Assembly (NCBI GenBank): GCA_043800755.1
Contig: JAZDMQ010000111.1
Coordinates: 1-16,796, forward strand
Origin: a bacterium
Lineage (GTDB): Bacteria > Methylomirabilota > Methylomirabilia > CAVQYV01
DNA: 16,796 nucleotides
Direction of reading: 5' to 3'
Shown here: piece after piece, positions 16,783 through 16,796 of the stretch
Position numbering within the stretch: the first letter of the stretch is position 1
How the letters are laid out: the number at the start of each line of letters is the position of its first letter
The notes under the pieces: generated by a model
The model's database searches: none
What the model was told of the DNA's origin: nothing
The model's input: only the letters and a program-made list of their open reading frames with translations
Translations under genes and position numbers: made by a program

Positions 16783-16796
16783 ATGCACGTTCTGCA
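16783..16796 (+). CDS. 5' start of an unidentified gene (partial)
   Basis: Strong RBS GGAGGAGG (16771-16778) followed by ATG CAC GTT CTG at the window edge. Confidence 0.45.

Larger units (their letters stand above)
16281..16796. mobile_element. End of an integrative element/genomic island inserted in tRNA-Glu (element extends right beyond the window)
   Basis: tRNA 3' fragment broken at the anticodon loop; GC drop (20/60 G+C at 16381-16440); tandem GGTGACACT repeats about 130 bp from the core. No integrase in the window. Confidence 0.72.

Noticed and set aside
16153..16788. Short ORFs spanning the att site and leader copy 3
   Set aside because: They cross the tRNA fragment, repeats and terminator; no RBS or protein motifs.

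Overview
GC-rich bacterial chromosomal window, probably from a diderm given the Tat-exported binding protein, M48 protease and CFI-box-CTERM protein; I cannot assign the taxon. On the minus strand is an operon tldD - amrA (AmmeMemoRadiSam A) - manC - PMM/PGM (runs off the left edge). Divergent from it is an M48 metalloprotease with a LysM-like tail, followed by a convergent MFS transporter. Next come a DUF3147-like membrane gene with TAG at codon 2, an unlisted 57-aa CxxC/CxxC protein, a cupin and a GAF-GAF-PAS hybrid histidine kinase. After these are a secreted S8 peptidase (inserted beta-domain, Fn3, poly-Gly, CFI-box-CTERM) split by one in-frame TGA, and an orphan Tat-exported ABC substrate-binding protein. 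At the right end, the 3' half of tRNA-Glu(CTC) marks the att boundary of an integrated element, with arm-type-like repeats. The main unexplained signal is a ~190-nt module present three times, each upstream of an unrelated gene. It consists of an identical TTGACA-N17-TAAATA promoter plus a conserved leader (TGGC...GTGGA...AGGCACCG...GAAGA..CGGTG(C/T)C + U-tract) that folds into a terminator, with a competing upstream stem in two copies. It is a candidate undescribed attenuator or riboswitch-like leader family, and one copy lies inside the integrated element.
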